A stretch of 64,000 nt of DNA from a virus, in the IMG/VR virus record IMGVR_UViG_3300025012_000003. The stretch is one strand, 5' to 3'. Below the pieces are notes generated by a model. The model did no database searches and was not told the DNA's origin. It saw only the letters and a list, made by a program, of their open reading frames with translations. The number at the start of each line of letters is the position of its first letter. Position 1 is the stretch's first letter. Made by a program: the position numbers and the translations under genes. Shown here piece after piece: positions 46,992 through 55,713 of this stretch.

Positions 46992-47685
46992 ATTCCTGTC
47001 CACGAAAGGGTCTGGTTATTTCTGCCTCCGCATAATTCGCAGGATTAACAAGATACTCAAAATCACAATCAGAACATTTGAATGGTATCTTTGATAATCC
47101 ATGATAAAGTAATTTATTAATATATTCTACTTTTTCTATGTCGTCTCCAACTAAACTATATATTAAATTGTAAGCTTCCCCAAAAGGTAAATTATCAACA
47201 TGTTTAGCAAAAACATAGATAACATCTTTAACCTTATCCAATTTTAGTATATCTAAATAATCCCTAATAGTTAGAAACTTAAAAGAAACTTCTACTTCTT
47301 TTATTCTAATTCTTATAGGCATCTTGGGTACTTCTGTATCTTCAAAATCCATATCTTTAAGTTCTAGTGTTCTTGAATTTTTCAAATCACAGTTAGGACA
47401 AAAAGCTTGCATCTGAAACAAAGGAGTTCCTAAACTAGCTATCTTCCTTAACCACCCAATATAAACAACATCGTAGAAAGTCAATTCATTTTTATCCATT
47501 CCAGTAGACCTAACACCCTGTAACAGATATTCGTATAATTGTACAGCATCCATATTAGAGTTATTTATCTTTTGTAAATCCCCAAGAGTATAAGGATTAT
47601 AATAAATCCTAGTAGCCTCTGGATAAGATAGTTTCTTAGAAGGGAGATTTTTAATCTCGACCTCTGGTAAAAATTTGTTTTCCAT
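46960..47685 (-). CDS. baseplate hub assembly chaperone (gp26-like)
   Basis: LPSK...PYT, LTFYD, CPNC, CSDC. Confidence 0.7.
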   Translation of the reverse strand: MENKFLPEVEIKNLPSKKLSYPEATRIYYNPYTLGDLQKINNSNMDAVQLYEYLLQGVRSTGMDKNELTFYDVVYIGWLRKIASLGTPLFQMQAFCPNCDLKNSRTLELKDMDFEDTEVPKMPIRIRIKEVEVSFKFLTIRDYLDILKLDKVKDVIYVFAKHVDNLPFGEAYNLIYSLVGDDIEKVEYINKLLYHGLSKIPFKCSDCDFEYLVNPANYAEAEITRPFRGQEYDIRNEISFG

Positions 47686-47701
47686 CCAACAACCTCTCCT
47701 G

Positions 47702-48370
47702 TTATCCTAAGTAATCAATTACTAAAAAATTTACTGTCAGCTCCCTAGCAGATGAATCCCTAGAGGACATTTCTATCTTAACATCCCCTCTAGGAATAAC
47801 TTTGTATTTAGTTTCTAATACAATATTTCGTTCAAAATTTAATTTATATATCGATAAATCTCTGTAAGAATCCTCTAAATAATTACAAGTAACTCCATCG
47901 TGTGTTTCTAAAAACCAAGCACGTAATGATTTTTCTATAATACATTCTTCTGTATCGTATATCGTCATGCTAATTTCTGGTATTCCTTTCTGTGAAGGAA
48001 TCCTGAAATTATTATAATTAGGTAACGCTATATCTTGAGTGGCTATCTCTGGTAGGTTTTCCGTAACGGTACTAGCAGGTATAATATAATTATCTAAGGG
48101 ACTATTTATGCCCCCCTGAAGTCTTACCATAAATAGATATTTCGCACCCCACGTAATATCAAAAACAGTAGACAGGTCGTCCCTTGAAGAATTATTAATA
48201 ACTCCAGAACTGAGAAGTCTTTGAATATCTCCCACTTTATCTGATAAGGCTCCTAGGGAAGATATTTTTCCTAAGCTAGTCTTAGCGTTTTGTATTCCTT
48301 CCCTAGCCACAGAATCTGCTGTTTGTTGTACAGCTCCCGTCAATAGTTTAGGAGTATATTTATCAACCAT
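47702..48370 (-). CDS. tail-tube paralog / tube initiator (gp54-like)
   Basis: ISMTIYDTE...LRAWF, resembling gp19. Confidence 0.55.
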   Translation of the reverse strand: MVDKYTPKLLTGAVQQTADSVAREGIQNAKTSLGKISSLGALSDKVGDIQRLLSSGVINNSSRDDLSTVFDITWGAKYLFMVRLQGGINSPLDNYIIPASTVTENLPEIATQDIALPNYNNFRIPSQKGIPEISMTIYDTEECIIEKSLRAWFLETHDGVTCNYLEDSYRDLSIYKLNFERNIVLETKYKVIPRGDVKIEMSSRDSSARELTVNFLVIDYLG

Positions 48371-48374
48371 AATT

Positions 48375-48425
48375 AAATCCTACCTCATTCCTATTTATAA
48401 TATAAATTATCCGAGGGTAGGATTT
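48375..48425 (-). promoter_or_regulatory. late promoter (48391-48406) inside an RBS-occluding hairpin
   Basis: 10 bp perfect arms 48375-48384 / 48416-48425 pair over the GAGGTAGGA RBS. Confidence 0.7.
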
Positions 48426-48431
48426 TTAAAT

Positions 48432-48806
48432 TTAAACTCTGTATATAGCTAGAATACGTTCTATGGAAGGGTCGCTTTTAGCTAAAGCACTAGCTTCATT
48501 AACACAAGTAGCATAAATGAATTTCTTAGATTGAGCAAAACCTTTAATCTTACAGTCTATTCTATATTGATAATAGTTATCTCCATAAGGATTACTATTA
48601 TTAGATATTTCTTTATTTTCTATAAGGGAGTAAGTTACTGAAGGAGTATTAAACATAACCCAAATAACAAAACCTATCATAGCAAATATTAAAAGGGTAA
48701 CAGGATTCATTATCATAACTAATAAAACACCTATAACAAGAGTTCCTATCAATATGTTAGATAGGAAATTATCTTCTTTAGTTTCATATCTTTCTAAATT
48801 AATCAT
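48432..48806 (-). CDS. membrane protein (early-type gene inserted in the tail module)
   Basis: Two TM segments; own sigma70 promoter. Confidence 0.75.
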   Translation of the reverse strand: MINLERYETKEDNFLSNILIGTLVIGVLLVMIMNPVTLLIFAMIGFVIWVMFNTPSVTYSLIENKEISNNSNPYGDNYYQYRIDCKIKGFAQSKKFIYATCVNEASALAKSDPSIERILAIYRV

Positions 48807-48839
48807 ATTCTTGTTCCTTTATCTTAACCTTATACTATT

Positions 48840-48873
48840 AGTATAATATAAAAGAGGGTTGCTGTCAACCCCC
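48840..48873 (-). promoter_or_regulatory. sigma70 promoter TTGACA-17-TATACT overlapping a terminator
   Basis: -35 at 48863-48868 lies in the hairpin GGGTTG-ACAG-CAACCC followed by TCTTTT. Confidence 0.75.
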
Positions 48874-48903
48874 TTTAAACGTATTATGAATTTTTGTAAC
48901 GAA

Positions 48904-49440
48904 TTATACTTTCTGACCGTCTGCTAAGAAATAATCGAACCTCAAAGTAATCTCTGGATTTATTGTTTGGTTAGCATCTCCCGCAGGACTACCTATTGTA
49001 TGAGATTGCATCCAACAATTTTTAAGAGTGTATTCAAATATTTTAGCATTCTCACTAGCTAAAGGTCTAAGTACTATAGTGGGACAAACATACTCAGGTT
49101 TTCTTTTTTGAGTACCAGCCCCTGGTTTCCAAAGTAACTCTCCCCAATCCCTAATGAATCTTTCAATAATACCATTATCACTTTCTACGAATGTTAAAGT
49201 GATTGGGTCATAAGTTCTTAACCCAGCTTGGTATACTTTGTGCCCATGAATACCCACTTCTATTTCTTCGTTAGAAAATTTAGGATATTCTGAGGAAAGA
49301 GCACGAGCGTTTAAAGAATCGCTATTGTAGTTTCCAGCATTAGCTATAGCTGATGGAAGAGTAGGAATAATTACCTCCCAACGATAAAGGACAGCAAAAT
49401 CCTGATTGTTTATAATTTGAATTATGTCTGGTCTAGTCAT
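48904..49440 (-). CDS. gp19: tail tube protein
   Basis: YRWEV.I, ITLTFVES, W...; directly follows the sheath gene. Confidence 0.85.
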   Translation of the reverse strand: MTRPDIIQIINNQDFAVLYRWEVIIPTLPSAIANAGNYNSDSLNARALSSEYPKFSNEEIEVGIHGHKVYQAGLRTYDPITLTFVESDNGIIERFIRDWGELLWKPGAGTQKRKPEYVCPTIVLRPLASENAKIFEYTLKNCWMQSHTIGSPAGDANQTINPEITLRFDYFLADGQKV

Positions 49441-49460
49441 CTAAAAGACTCCTATCTATA

Positions 49461-51518
49461 TTATCCTAGTAAGTTCTGAGCTAAATTTAAATCGAATCCA
49501 GTTCTTGTAATAACAACTGAAAGAGTAATAAACTCTGCGGTTTTAGTTGGTTGTACAAATAACCACACATTCATTATATTGTTATCTATATCGACTGGAG
49601 TGTTGTTTGTCTCATCACAAACAACTTTATAATCGTAGACACCTTTTCTGGATTTTATGTTATCCATGTAAGATTCCATACCAGTTCTTATTAACAATCT
49701 TGTAAAATCATCGTTAAATTCAAATAGATAATCTTCTAAGAAAGCTGCTAAAGCTGGTTCTATAGTAATTAAAAGTAATCTTACATTTAACCTGTCTAAT
49801 GCGGAAGGTCTAGCAGATAAAGTTTTCTGACCCCAGATAGCTATCCCTTTTCCAACAGAAAATTTAATAGGGTTAATTCCTGAATCATAAAGTAAATCCA
49901 GTTCCCCTTCAGTAAATCTTCTTTTAGTATCAAGTACGTTAATCATACCTCTTTTAAAACCTGCTGGAGCAAACCATATTTCATAATTAGAAGAAGTATC
50001 TGAAATAGCTGCTGCTGCATACCCATCAGGTGCTACAAATATATCCCTGTCATTAAACCTATCTCTTATTTTAACGTGAGGTGTATATAGAGCAGAGTAT
50101 GAGGAATTAAGATTAAGAGTAGTTTTTCTATAAGCTACTATATCTGTCATATAACTACTTGAATCTTCAGTATAGTATGGAGTAGATAGGATACCGACAC
50201 AATCTTTTCTACTTTGGCACAGGCTATCTATGGCTTGTTGATATGCTATTGTAGCCCATCCCCCATCCATTATTACTGTTAAAGGTATTTCTGCTTTATT
50301 GTTTAATGTGTTAAGAGCATTAATCATATTAGTATCGGTAACTGATAATCCATCTAATGCTCCCGCTAATGTTAAAAAGGTAGTTTGTTCTTTTATTGTT
50401 TCTGTACTAGCATGAGAAGTATTATCTATTGCTCTAATGTAACTGGAACCTAATAAAACGTCTTCTATGTAAATGTTTTTACCATATCCATCTTTAGCAT
50501 TTACATCTCTTGAACAAGTAAACACTTCCAGTGTTTCACCAGTAGATTGTTTATAAACTTGAATCTGAAACGCATTTGGTTCTTTTACTACGTCTGGACT
50601 ATTGACATAAGTAAATAATTTAACTTCAATATCATTAGCCCAAGAACCTTGATTAGCCCCTGTTATAAGGAATAAGTCATCAGATTGGAATTCGTAAGTT
50701 TGTGGATTTACTAAACTGTTTCTAAATATAGTACCATCTGCTATGTTACTAGCCAATGTTTCAGATACTATTACTTCAGTATTTCCCGATACTAGAGTAG
50801 CACTAACTACAGTATAAACTCCATCGTTACCAGTAGAACCTTGAACTCTTACTTTATCTCCTACATGGCAAAAGGCTGTTAAATCTCCAGCTAGTGTGAA
50901 TTTTTTATTTGGTTGGTCTACCGCTGTAATAGCTCCTATTTCTACTGAAGTTAATTGGATATTGGTATTAACAGTAGATACTTCTTTATAAATACTACCA
51001 TCTACTGTAGCATCTGGAACAACTTCAGATACTATTACTTCAGTATTTCCCGATACTAGAGTAGCACTAACTACAGTATAAACTCCATCGTTACCAGTAG
51101 AACCTTGGATATTTATAGAAGTAACACCTGTGAAAGAAGCTGTTAAATCTCCAGCTAGTGTGAATTTTTTATTTGGTTGGTCTACCGCTGTGATAGCTCC
51201 TATTAAAGTATTTACCAATATAGGAGTTTTTCTTACAACTAAACCACCATAAGTAGAACCATTATCGGCTCTGACAACCCACAATCTGTTAGCTTTAGAT
51301 AAATAAGCTAAAGCTGAGTAAAAAGCCATGTTATAACCAACTTCTACTTTCTGATTAGGTGTAAAATAATTTAATAAATCAGTATCAGAAGTTACAAATA
51401 TAGGCTTATTAATATCACCCTTTGGTGCTGGTATAGTTATAGCTGCATAGGTTCCTAAAGAACTTGGAACCCTTGTAGAGATATCAATCTCTTTTACATT
51501 TATGCGAGGTGCTGTCAT
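49461..51518 (-). CDS. gp18: tail sheath protein with duplicated inserted domain
   Basis: PRINVKEID.S, KG....P..V.S, LWVVR, G.WAN, WFAPAG..RG, INP, IWGQKT, RLNVRLL, FEFND. Confidence 0.96.
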   Translation of the reverse strand: MTAPRINVKEIDISTRVPSSLGTYAAITIPAPKGDINKPIFVTSDTDLLNYFTPNQKVEVGYNMAFYSALAYLSKANRLWVVRADNGSTYGGLVVRKTPILVNTLIGAITAVDQPNKKFTLAGDLTASFTGVTSINIQGSTGNDGVYTVVSATLVSGNTEVIVSEVVPDATVDGSIYKEVSTVNTNIQLTSVEIGAITAVDQPNKKFTLAGDLTAFCHVGDKVRVQGSTGNDGVYTVVSATLVSGNTEVIVSETLASNIADGTIFRNSLVNPQTYEFQSDDLFLITGANQGSWANDIEVKLFTYVNSPDVVKEPNAFQIQVYKQSTGETLEVFTCSRDVNAKDGYGKNIYIEDVLLGSSYIRAIDNTSHASTETIKEQTTFLTLAGALDGLSVTDTNMINALNTLNNKAEIPLTVIMDGGWATIAYQQAIDSLCQSRKDCVGILSTPYYTEDSSSYMTDIVAYRKTTLNLNSSYSALYTPHVKIRDRFNDRDIFVAPDGYAAAAISDTSSNYEIWFAPAGFKRGMINVLDTKRRFTEGELDLLYDSGINPIKFSVGKGIAIWGQKTLSARPSALDRLNVRLLLITIEPALAAFLEDYLFEFNDDFTRLLIRTGMESYMDNIKSRKGVYDYKVVCDETNNTPVDIDNNIMNVWLFVQPTKTAEFITLSVVITRTGFDLNLAQNLLG
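50760..51204. repeat. 264 nt period direct repeat inside the sheath gene
   Basis: 50760-50843 = 51024-51107 (84 nt identical); 50875-50940 = 51139-51204 (66 nt, 1 mismatch). Confidence 0.95.
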
Positions 51519-51539
51519 TATTAATTCTCCCGTATCAAA

Positions 51540-51701
51540 TTATATTAATTTTTGTACTTTTAATAAAGGATTAAGAGTCCCTTCTATATCGGAGATTTTC
51601 TCAACAAAGAAACTTTCTCTAGGAGATACTACTTTAGGTTCTCCCTTAAGAACTATATTTATAGGGTAATCTGCTCTGGAAACGATTTTTGCTTCAAACA
51701 T
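51540..51701 (-). CDS. small late protein (53 aa)
   Basis: AGGAG RBS after the late motif at 51733; hand-translated MFEAKIVSRADYP... Confidence 0.7.
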   Translation of the reverse strand: MFEAKIVSRADYPINIVLKGEPKVVSPRESFFVEKISDIEGTLNPLLKVQKLI

Positions 51702-51732
51702 TTTATTATAACTCCTAATTCATACTTCAATC

Positions 51733-51748
51733 CTATTTATAATATAAA
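51733..51748 (-). promoter_or_regulatory. putative late promoter
   Basis: Exact motif upstream of the sheath-tube operon. Confidence 0.7.
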
Positions 51749-51751
51749 CTA

Positions 51752-52684
51752 TCAACCATCTATATTTATTTCCTCGTAGGGTTGGTTCATAATTAAATTT
51801 CCCATATCTGGAACATTCTTTATTTTTAATGATATATGCTTTATTAATTTCGAACTCGCAATTCCAGAAGGACCTCCAGAAGCATTTTCTTTCTTTATAA
51901 CAGGATATTCTAAATTAAATGAATTAACTAAGAAAGTTATTTCTCCCCTTGACTGGTCGTTATAATTTTCAAATGAATTTGATTCTATGTCTTTTAGAAA
52001 TATAGTAGCTGGAACTTCCATTATGGTATTCTGTTTAATCATTAATCCATCTGCTATAGAGGAATTTATAGACTCATTAACTATAATCTCAGTAGTTCCA
52101 GAAACTATAATGGAACTTACCACAGTATAAGAACCGTTATTTCCAGTAGAATTTATAAGAAGAAGGGAGTTTTGAGGTTCTAAAGTAACTTCTGAATTTA
52201 AAATAAACTTTTTAAGTCCTTGATTTACTGATATTACTGTATCTAAATCTAAATAATCTGTGGGTATCTGATAAATAGTTTGATAATGTTTAGTCCTATC
52301 ATAAGCCATTAAAAAGTATTCTTCAAATTCCATTAAGTACGTAGGGTCATTGGATATCCAACAAATATTTGTTTGAGCCTGTACATTTTTAACAGTATAT
52401 AAATCCGCTGATAAAGCTCCTACATTTCTATGAGAAGCTTTAAGTTGTCTAGGTTGCGTGGGAACTGCATTTAATACTCCCCTATTATACATAGCAAATA
52501 TAAAAGGCTGTTCTCTATCTTCGTATACAAACTGAGAAAGTCTCTTATATACTTTATCCTCAAAGCTAAAATTCATATTATAAAAATGAGATTTATTACC
52601 TATATCTGGAAACTCCAAAAAGTTAAAGCCAGAGTGTGCTTTAATATCTATAAAAAATCTTTGTATAGCGAAATGGTAAAACAT
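51752..52684 (-). CDS. tail terminator / sheath stabiliser (gp15-like) with inserted beta domain
   Basis: Position before the sheath gene; contains an STGNNGSYTVVS module. Confidence 0.5.
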   Translation of the reverse strand: MFYHFAIQRFFIDIKAHSGFNFLEFPDIGNKSHFYNMNFSFEDKVYKRLSQFVYEDREQPFIFAMYNRGVLNAVPTQPRQLKASHRNVGALSADLYTVKNVQAQTNICWISNDPTYLMEFEEYFLMAYDRTKHYQTIYQIPTDYLDLDTVISVNQGLKKFILNSEVTLEPQNSLLLINSTGNNGSYTVVSSIIVSGTTEIIVNESINSSIADGLMIKQNTIMEVPATIFLKDIESNSFENYNDQSRGEITFLVNSFNLEYPVIKKENASGGPSGIASSKLIKHISLKIKNVPDMGNLIMNQPYEEINIDG

Positions 52685-52693
52685 ATTTTCCCT

Positions 52694-53158
52694 CTAAGTA
52701 AGTGGACGTAAGTATTGTTTAATCATGATAGTACTGTGGTCTCCCGTAATAATTCCTGTATCTGGGTCAGTAGCCAAAGCACCTGTAACTACTCTATCTA
52801 TTTCTGTTTGGAAAGACATCTTAGCTCCTCCCAAAAAAGCATCTATCCTAGCTCTTGGTGGTATTCTTTTCTGTTCGTGGGTTATTATGTAAGGTCTTTC
52901 ATCCCCAAAAAAACTTTCAAACTGAGTTAAATTACCTCTCATGGCATCAGGCTTAATAAAATTAACTATAAGTATCTTTCTGTTAGTATATTCTGGAGTA
53001 GCCTTGTATCTCACTTTACCAAAATCATCAAACATGTCATCTAGCTTATCTGCTAAATACACATTACATGGAAGCCCAAACAAATCTTCATATATATCTA
53101 AGATATCGGGAGTCAAATCTGTAAAAATTTGAAGTAAATCTGTAAGAATTGATGACAT
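52694..53158 (-). CDS. head closure / neck protein (gp14-like)
   Basis: I..DLFG.PCNVYL...D..FDDFG pattern and position. Confidence 0.45.
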   Translation of the reverse strand: MSSILTDLLQIFTDLTPDILDIYEDLFGLPCNVYLADKLDDMFDDFGKVRYKATPEYTNRKILIVNFIKPDAMRGNLTQFESFFGDERPYIITHEQKRIPPRARIDAFLGGAKMSFQTEIDRVVTGALATDPDTGIITGDHSTIMIKQYLRPLT

Positions 53159-53175
53159 ATTATTCCCCTCTCAAT

Positions 53176-53241
53176 CTAAATATAATATAAAACAAAAATG
53201 GGATAGACCTTTCGGTTATCCCTTAGTAATTATAATATAAA
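53176..53241 (-). promoter_or_regulatory. two late motifs flanking a terminator
   Basis: Exact copy 53176-53191, 1-mismatch copy 53226-53241, hairpin GGGATA-ACC-GAAA-GGT-C-TATCCC plus T run between them. Confidence 0.6.
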
Positions 53242-53247
53242 AATGAA

Positions 53248-53826
53248 TTATTCTCGTTCTTTAATAAGACTATCTAAATTTTTATTAAAATGTGAAAGAA
53301 CTTCTCTCTTATCTGATTCAGTAGCATGATGATAATCTTGTATTTTTTTCTTAATCTCCTCCTTATCTAAGTCTTTCCACCTATTAGCTATATTATGTTC
53401 TATATTTTTTATAGTTCCCCTATAGCTTGTATCGGGTCCTCCTCCGAAGTCCCCAATACCCTCATGTTTCTTTTTCTTCTTAGAAGATTTCATTTTCTTA
53501 GAAGCCCCAGCACCCGCTAGATTATAATTTTGACCTCTAGCATCGACAACACTTAAAGGGAGTTTAGGGAGTGCTCCCAAGTCAGCGACAGTTCCATCTT
53601 CTTGTATTTTATTCCTTCCTATATTAAGAGCCTCTATTAAATGTTCTTTTACTTGCTTGGCTCTTTCCACTATATCGTCAGATGCTCCATAAGACATGCC
53701 CTCATCTTTTATAATGCTATCTAACGTTTCAAGAGAGTTGTGTATATCGTCAAGAGTACTTTGTAGAGTATCCTCATATATATCATAGTTCTCATCTATA
53801 ACTTTTTTTATTCTCTTAAAAGACAT
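53248..53826 (-). CDS. putative capsid-internal protein
   Basis: Start moved to MSFKRIKKVIDE, abutting the upstream stop. Confidence 0.65.
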   Translation of the reverse strand: MSFKRIKKVIDENYDIYEDTLQSTLDDIHNSLETLDSIIKDEGMSYGASDDIVERAKQVKEHLIEALNIGRNKIQEDGTVADLGALPKLPLSVVDARGQNYNLAGAGASKKMKSSKKKKKHEGIGDFGGGPDTSYRGTIKNIEHNIANRWKDLDKEEIKKKIQDYHHATESDKREVLSHFNKNLDSLIKERE

Positions 53827-53827
53827 T

Positions 53828-54064
53828 TTATAACCATCCATCTTCTTCATTGTCATAATCGTCATAGCTGTTCTCTTCAGACTGTTCAAAATGGATACAA
53901 CCAAAATTCATACCAACCATGTGTTCTCCTTCTTCGAGATAAACACCAGCTCCATCTACGTTTAATTCATTATACTCATTGACATCTTCACTGGTACATT
54001 CTCCCATTAATCTGGAAGATTCATTCTCTTTATAAAATTTACACTCGTGGCAATATCCAGTCAT
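53828..54064 (-). CDS. small Cys-rich protein
   Basis: CHECKFY...C...FGCIHF. Confidence 0.7.
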   Translation of the reverse strand: MTGYCHECKFYKENESSRLMGECTSEDVNEYNELNVDGAGVYLEEGEHMVGMNFGCIHFEQSEENSYDDYDNEEDGWL

Positions 54065-55197
54065 TACTCTTCCTCTTCCCCAGAAAGTCTTTTATGTAAT
54101 TGTACGTAATGGTCATAGTTATCTAAATCTGCTTTAGACACAGAACCTACTCCCATACGTTTTCCTTCTTTTTGAGCTTGCATAGCTTTTACTTTAGCTA
54201 TAAATTTAGCTTTCTCTATTTGTTCTGGGGTACCCGCTCCCACGGCTCCGCCCTTTCCTCCTTGAATATCCATAGCATGAAGTTTAGGAATATTAGCGTG
54301 TATGTTATCCATGAAACCTTCACTCTTTTCGGGTCTAAATTTTTCTTTTAACTTATCCATAAGAGCATCCGCTTTATTTCCTATTTCGGGTTCTTCAGAT
54401 TTATGCCAAACTTTAATATTGTTTAAAGCTCTAATAACTTTAGCATAACCTTTTTTCTCTACTAAATCTACGTAGTGTTTAAAAGGAATTTGCCAGAAAT
54501 TTTTGTCCTCTGGAATTTCTAATAAATCACTATGTTTAACTTTAATTTTAACTTTGGCTTTTTCGTCGAGTTTTAAGGAATCAATCAATTGATTTATTCT
54601 TCCAAAATTATTACTCTCCATCTTATTTTCTCCGTTATCTTCATTATCTGTTTTATTTTTAATATCCTCTTCTCCGCCTCTATCCTCTCCAGATAATTGA
54701 TTCCATTTCTTATTTACATATTCATCATCGAAAAAGGGTATCACGAATTTCACTCCTTTATAAGAAGAATAGTTTTCTTCAGCTTTATCCCTAAAAACAA
54801 AAGTTCTTCTTACTTGAGTACTATTATAATTTCCATCGTCATCTACTTCCATATAATGGAATACCATATTATCATCAATACCGTTACCATATATGAAAGA
54901 AAGCTGTCCAAATTCTTTAGCTAATTCCTCTAACTCATCCAAAGATAGCCCAGTAACAAGATAGGAATTTTCTAAAACCCCTTCAAAGTTTCCCTGTAAA
55001 GGAAAAACTCTAGTATTAGGATGAGTTTTAAATTTCTTTAAAAGGGTATAATTTCTTTTATTATTAATAGAATCAGGTAATCTTTTACCCATACTATTTT
55101 CCGCAGTGATAATACCGATACTTAAATTCTTTCCAGACTTTCCTCTTAGTACCTTTTCCACATCAGAAAAAATAGTTCTTTGCTCTGGGGTTAGCAT
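54064..55197 (-). CDS. DUF3293-like domain protein with charged C-terminal domain
   Basis: ITAEN...N.KRN..L...G...ENSYLV.G...LAKEFGQ.S. Confidence 0.6.
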   Translation of the reverse strand: MLTPEQRTIFSDVEKVLRGKSGKNLSIGIITAENSMGKRLPDSINNKRNYTLLKKFKTHPNTRVFPLQGNFEGVLENSYLVTGLSLDELEELAKEFGQLSFIYGNGIDDNMVFHYMEVDDDGNYNSTQVRRTFVFRDKAEENYSSYKGVKFVIPFFDDEYVNKKWNQLSGEDRGGEEDIKNKTDNEDNGENKMESNNFGRINQLIDSLKLDEKAKVKIKVKHSDLLEIPEDKNFWQIPFKHYVDLVEKKGYAKVIRALNNIKVWHKSEEPEIGNKADALMDKLKEKFRPEKSEGFMDNIHANIPKLHAMDIQGGKGGAVGAGTPEQIEKAKFIAKVKAMQAQKEGKRMGVGSVSKADLDNYDHYVQLHKRLSGEEEE

Positions 55198-55221
55198 CTT
55201 TAATCTCCGAATTTAGTTTTC

Positions 55222-55237
55222 CTAAATATAATATAAA
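55222..55237 (-). promoter_or_regulatory. putative late promoter
   Basis: Exact motif. Confidence 0.7.
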
Positions 55238-55239
55238 TA

Positions 55240-55410
55240 TTACAACCTTGTTTTTCTAAACTCAAATTTCTTATCATTTATTAATCCATATATTATAATG
55301 GATTCCTCACTACAATCACAAGAAGTTTCCTTACCTCCTAACTCTAAATCGTTAGATACTAATTTTATGTTTCCACAAGAATGACATTCTAAGATAGAAT
55401 ATGTATTCAT
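55240..55410 (-). CDS. small Zn-ribbon protein (56 aa)
   Basis: CHSC...CDC; AGGAG RBS; hand-translated. Confidence 0.65.
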   Translation of the reverse strand: MNTYSILECHSCGNIKLVSNDLELGGKETSCDCSEESIIIYGLINDKKFEFRKTRL

Positions 55411-55412
55411 AA

Positions 55413-55622
55413 TTAAACTCCTAACTCATTCCACACTTGCAACACCGTATCATAGCAAACATACTCTCTTCCTATCTTATTTCCATCCTTAGTTAAATTC
55501 ATAACATCTATTAAGATAGAAAAGGGCAATTGTTTTATTTGAACTTTATAAGAGAGTTGTTTTAATAATCTTATTTTATCTTTTTTATTTAAACTTATTG
55601 ACCCGTCTTTTAATATTCTCAT
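55413..55622 (-). CDS. hypothetical protein
   Basis: AAAGGAG RBS before MRILKD; sigma70 promoter TTGAAA-17-TATCAT at 55649-55677. Confidence 0.65.
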   Translation of the reverse strand: MRILKDGSISLNKKDKIRLLKQLSYKVQIKQLPFSILIDVMNLTKDGNKIGREYVCYDTVLQVWNELGV

Positions 55623-55713
55623 AGTATCTCCTTTAGTTTTATAATTAAATGATAACAAAAAGAAGACTATATTTCAAGTCTTCTTCTATTACTTTGTTAC
55701 AATTATTTACAGA

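Noticed and set aside
50760-51204. Diversity-generating retroelement TR/VR pair
   Set aside because: Both copies are in frame in one gene, differences are block-wise rather than adenine-specific, and no reverse transcriptase is in the window.
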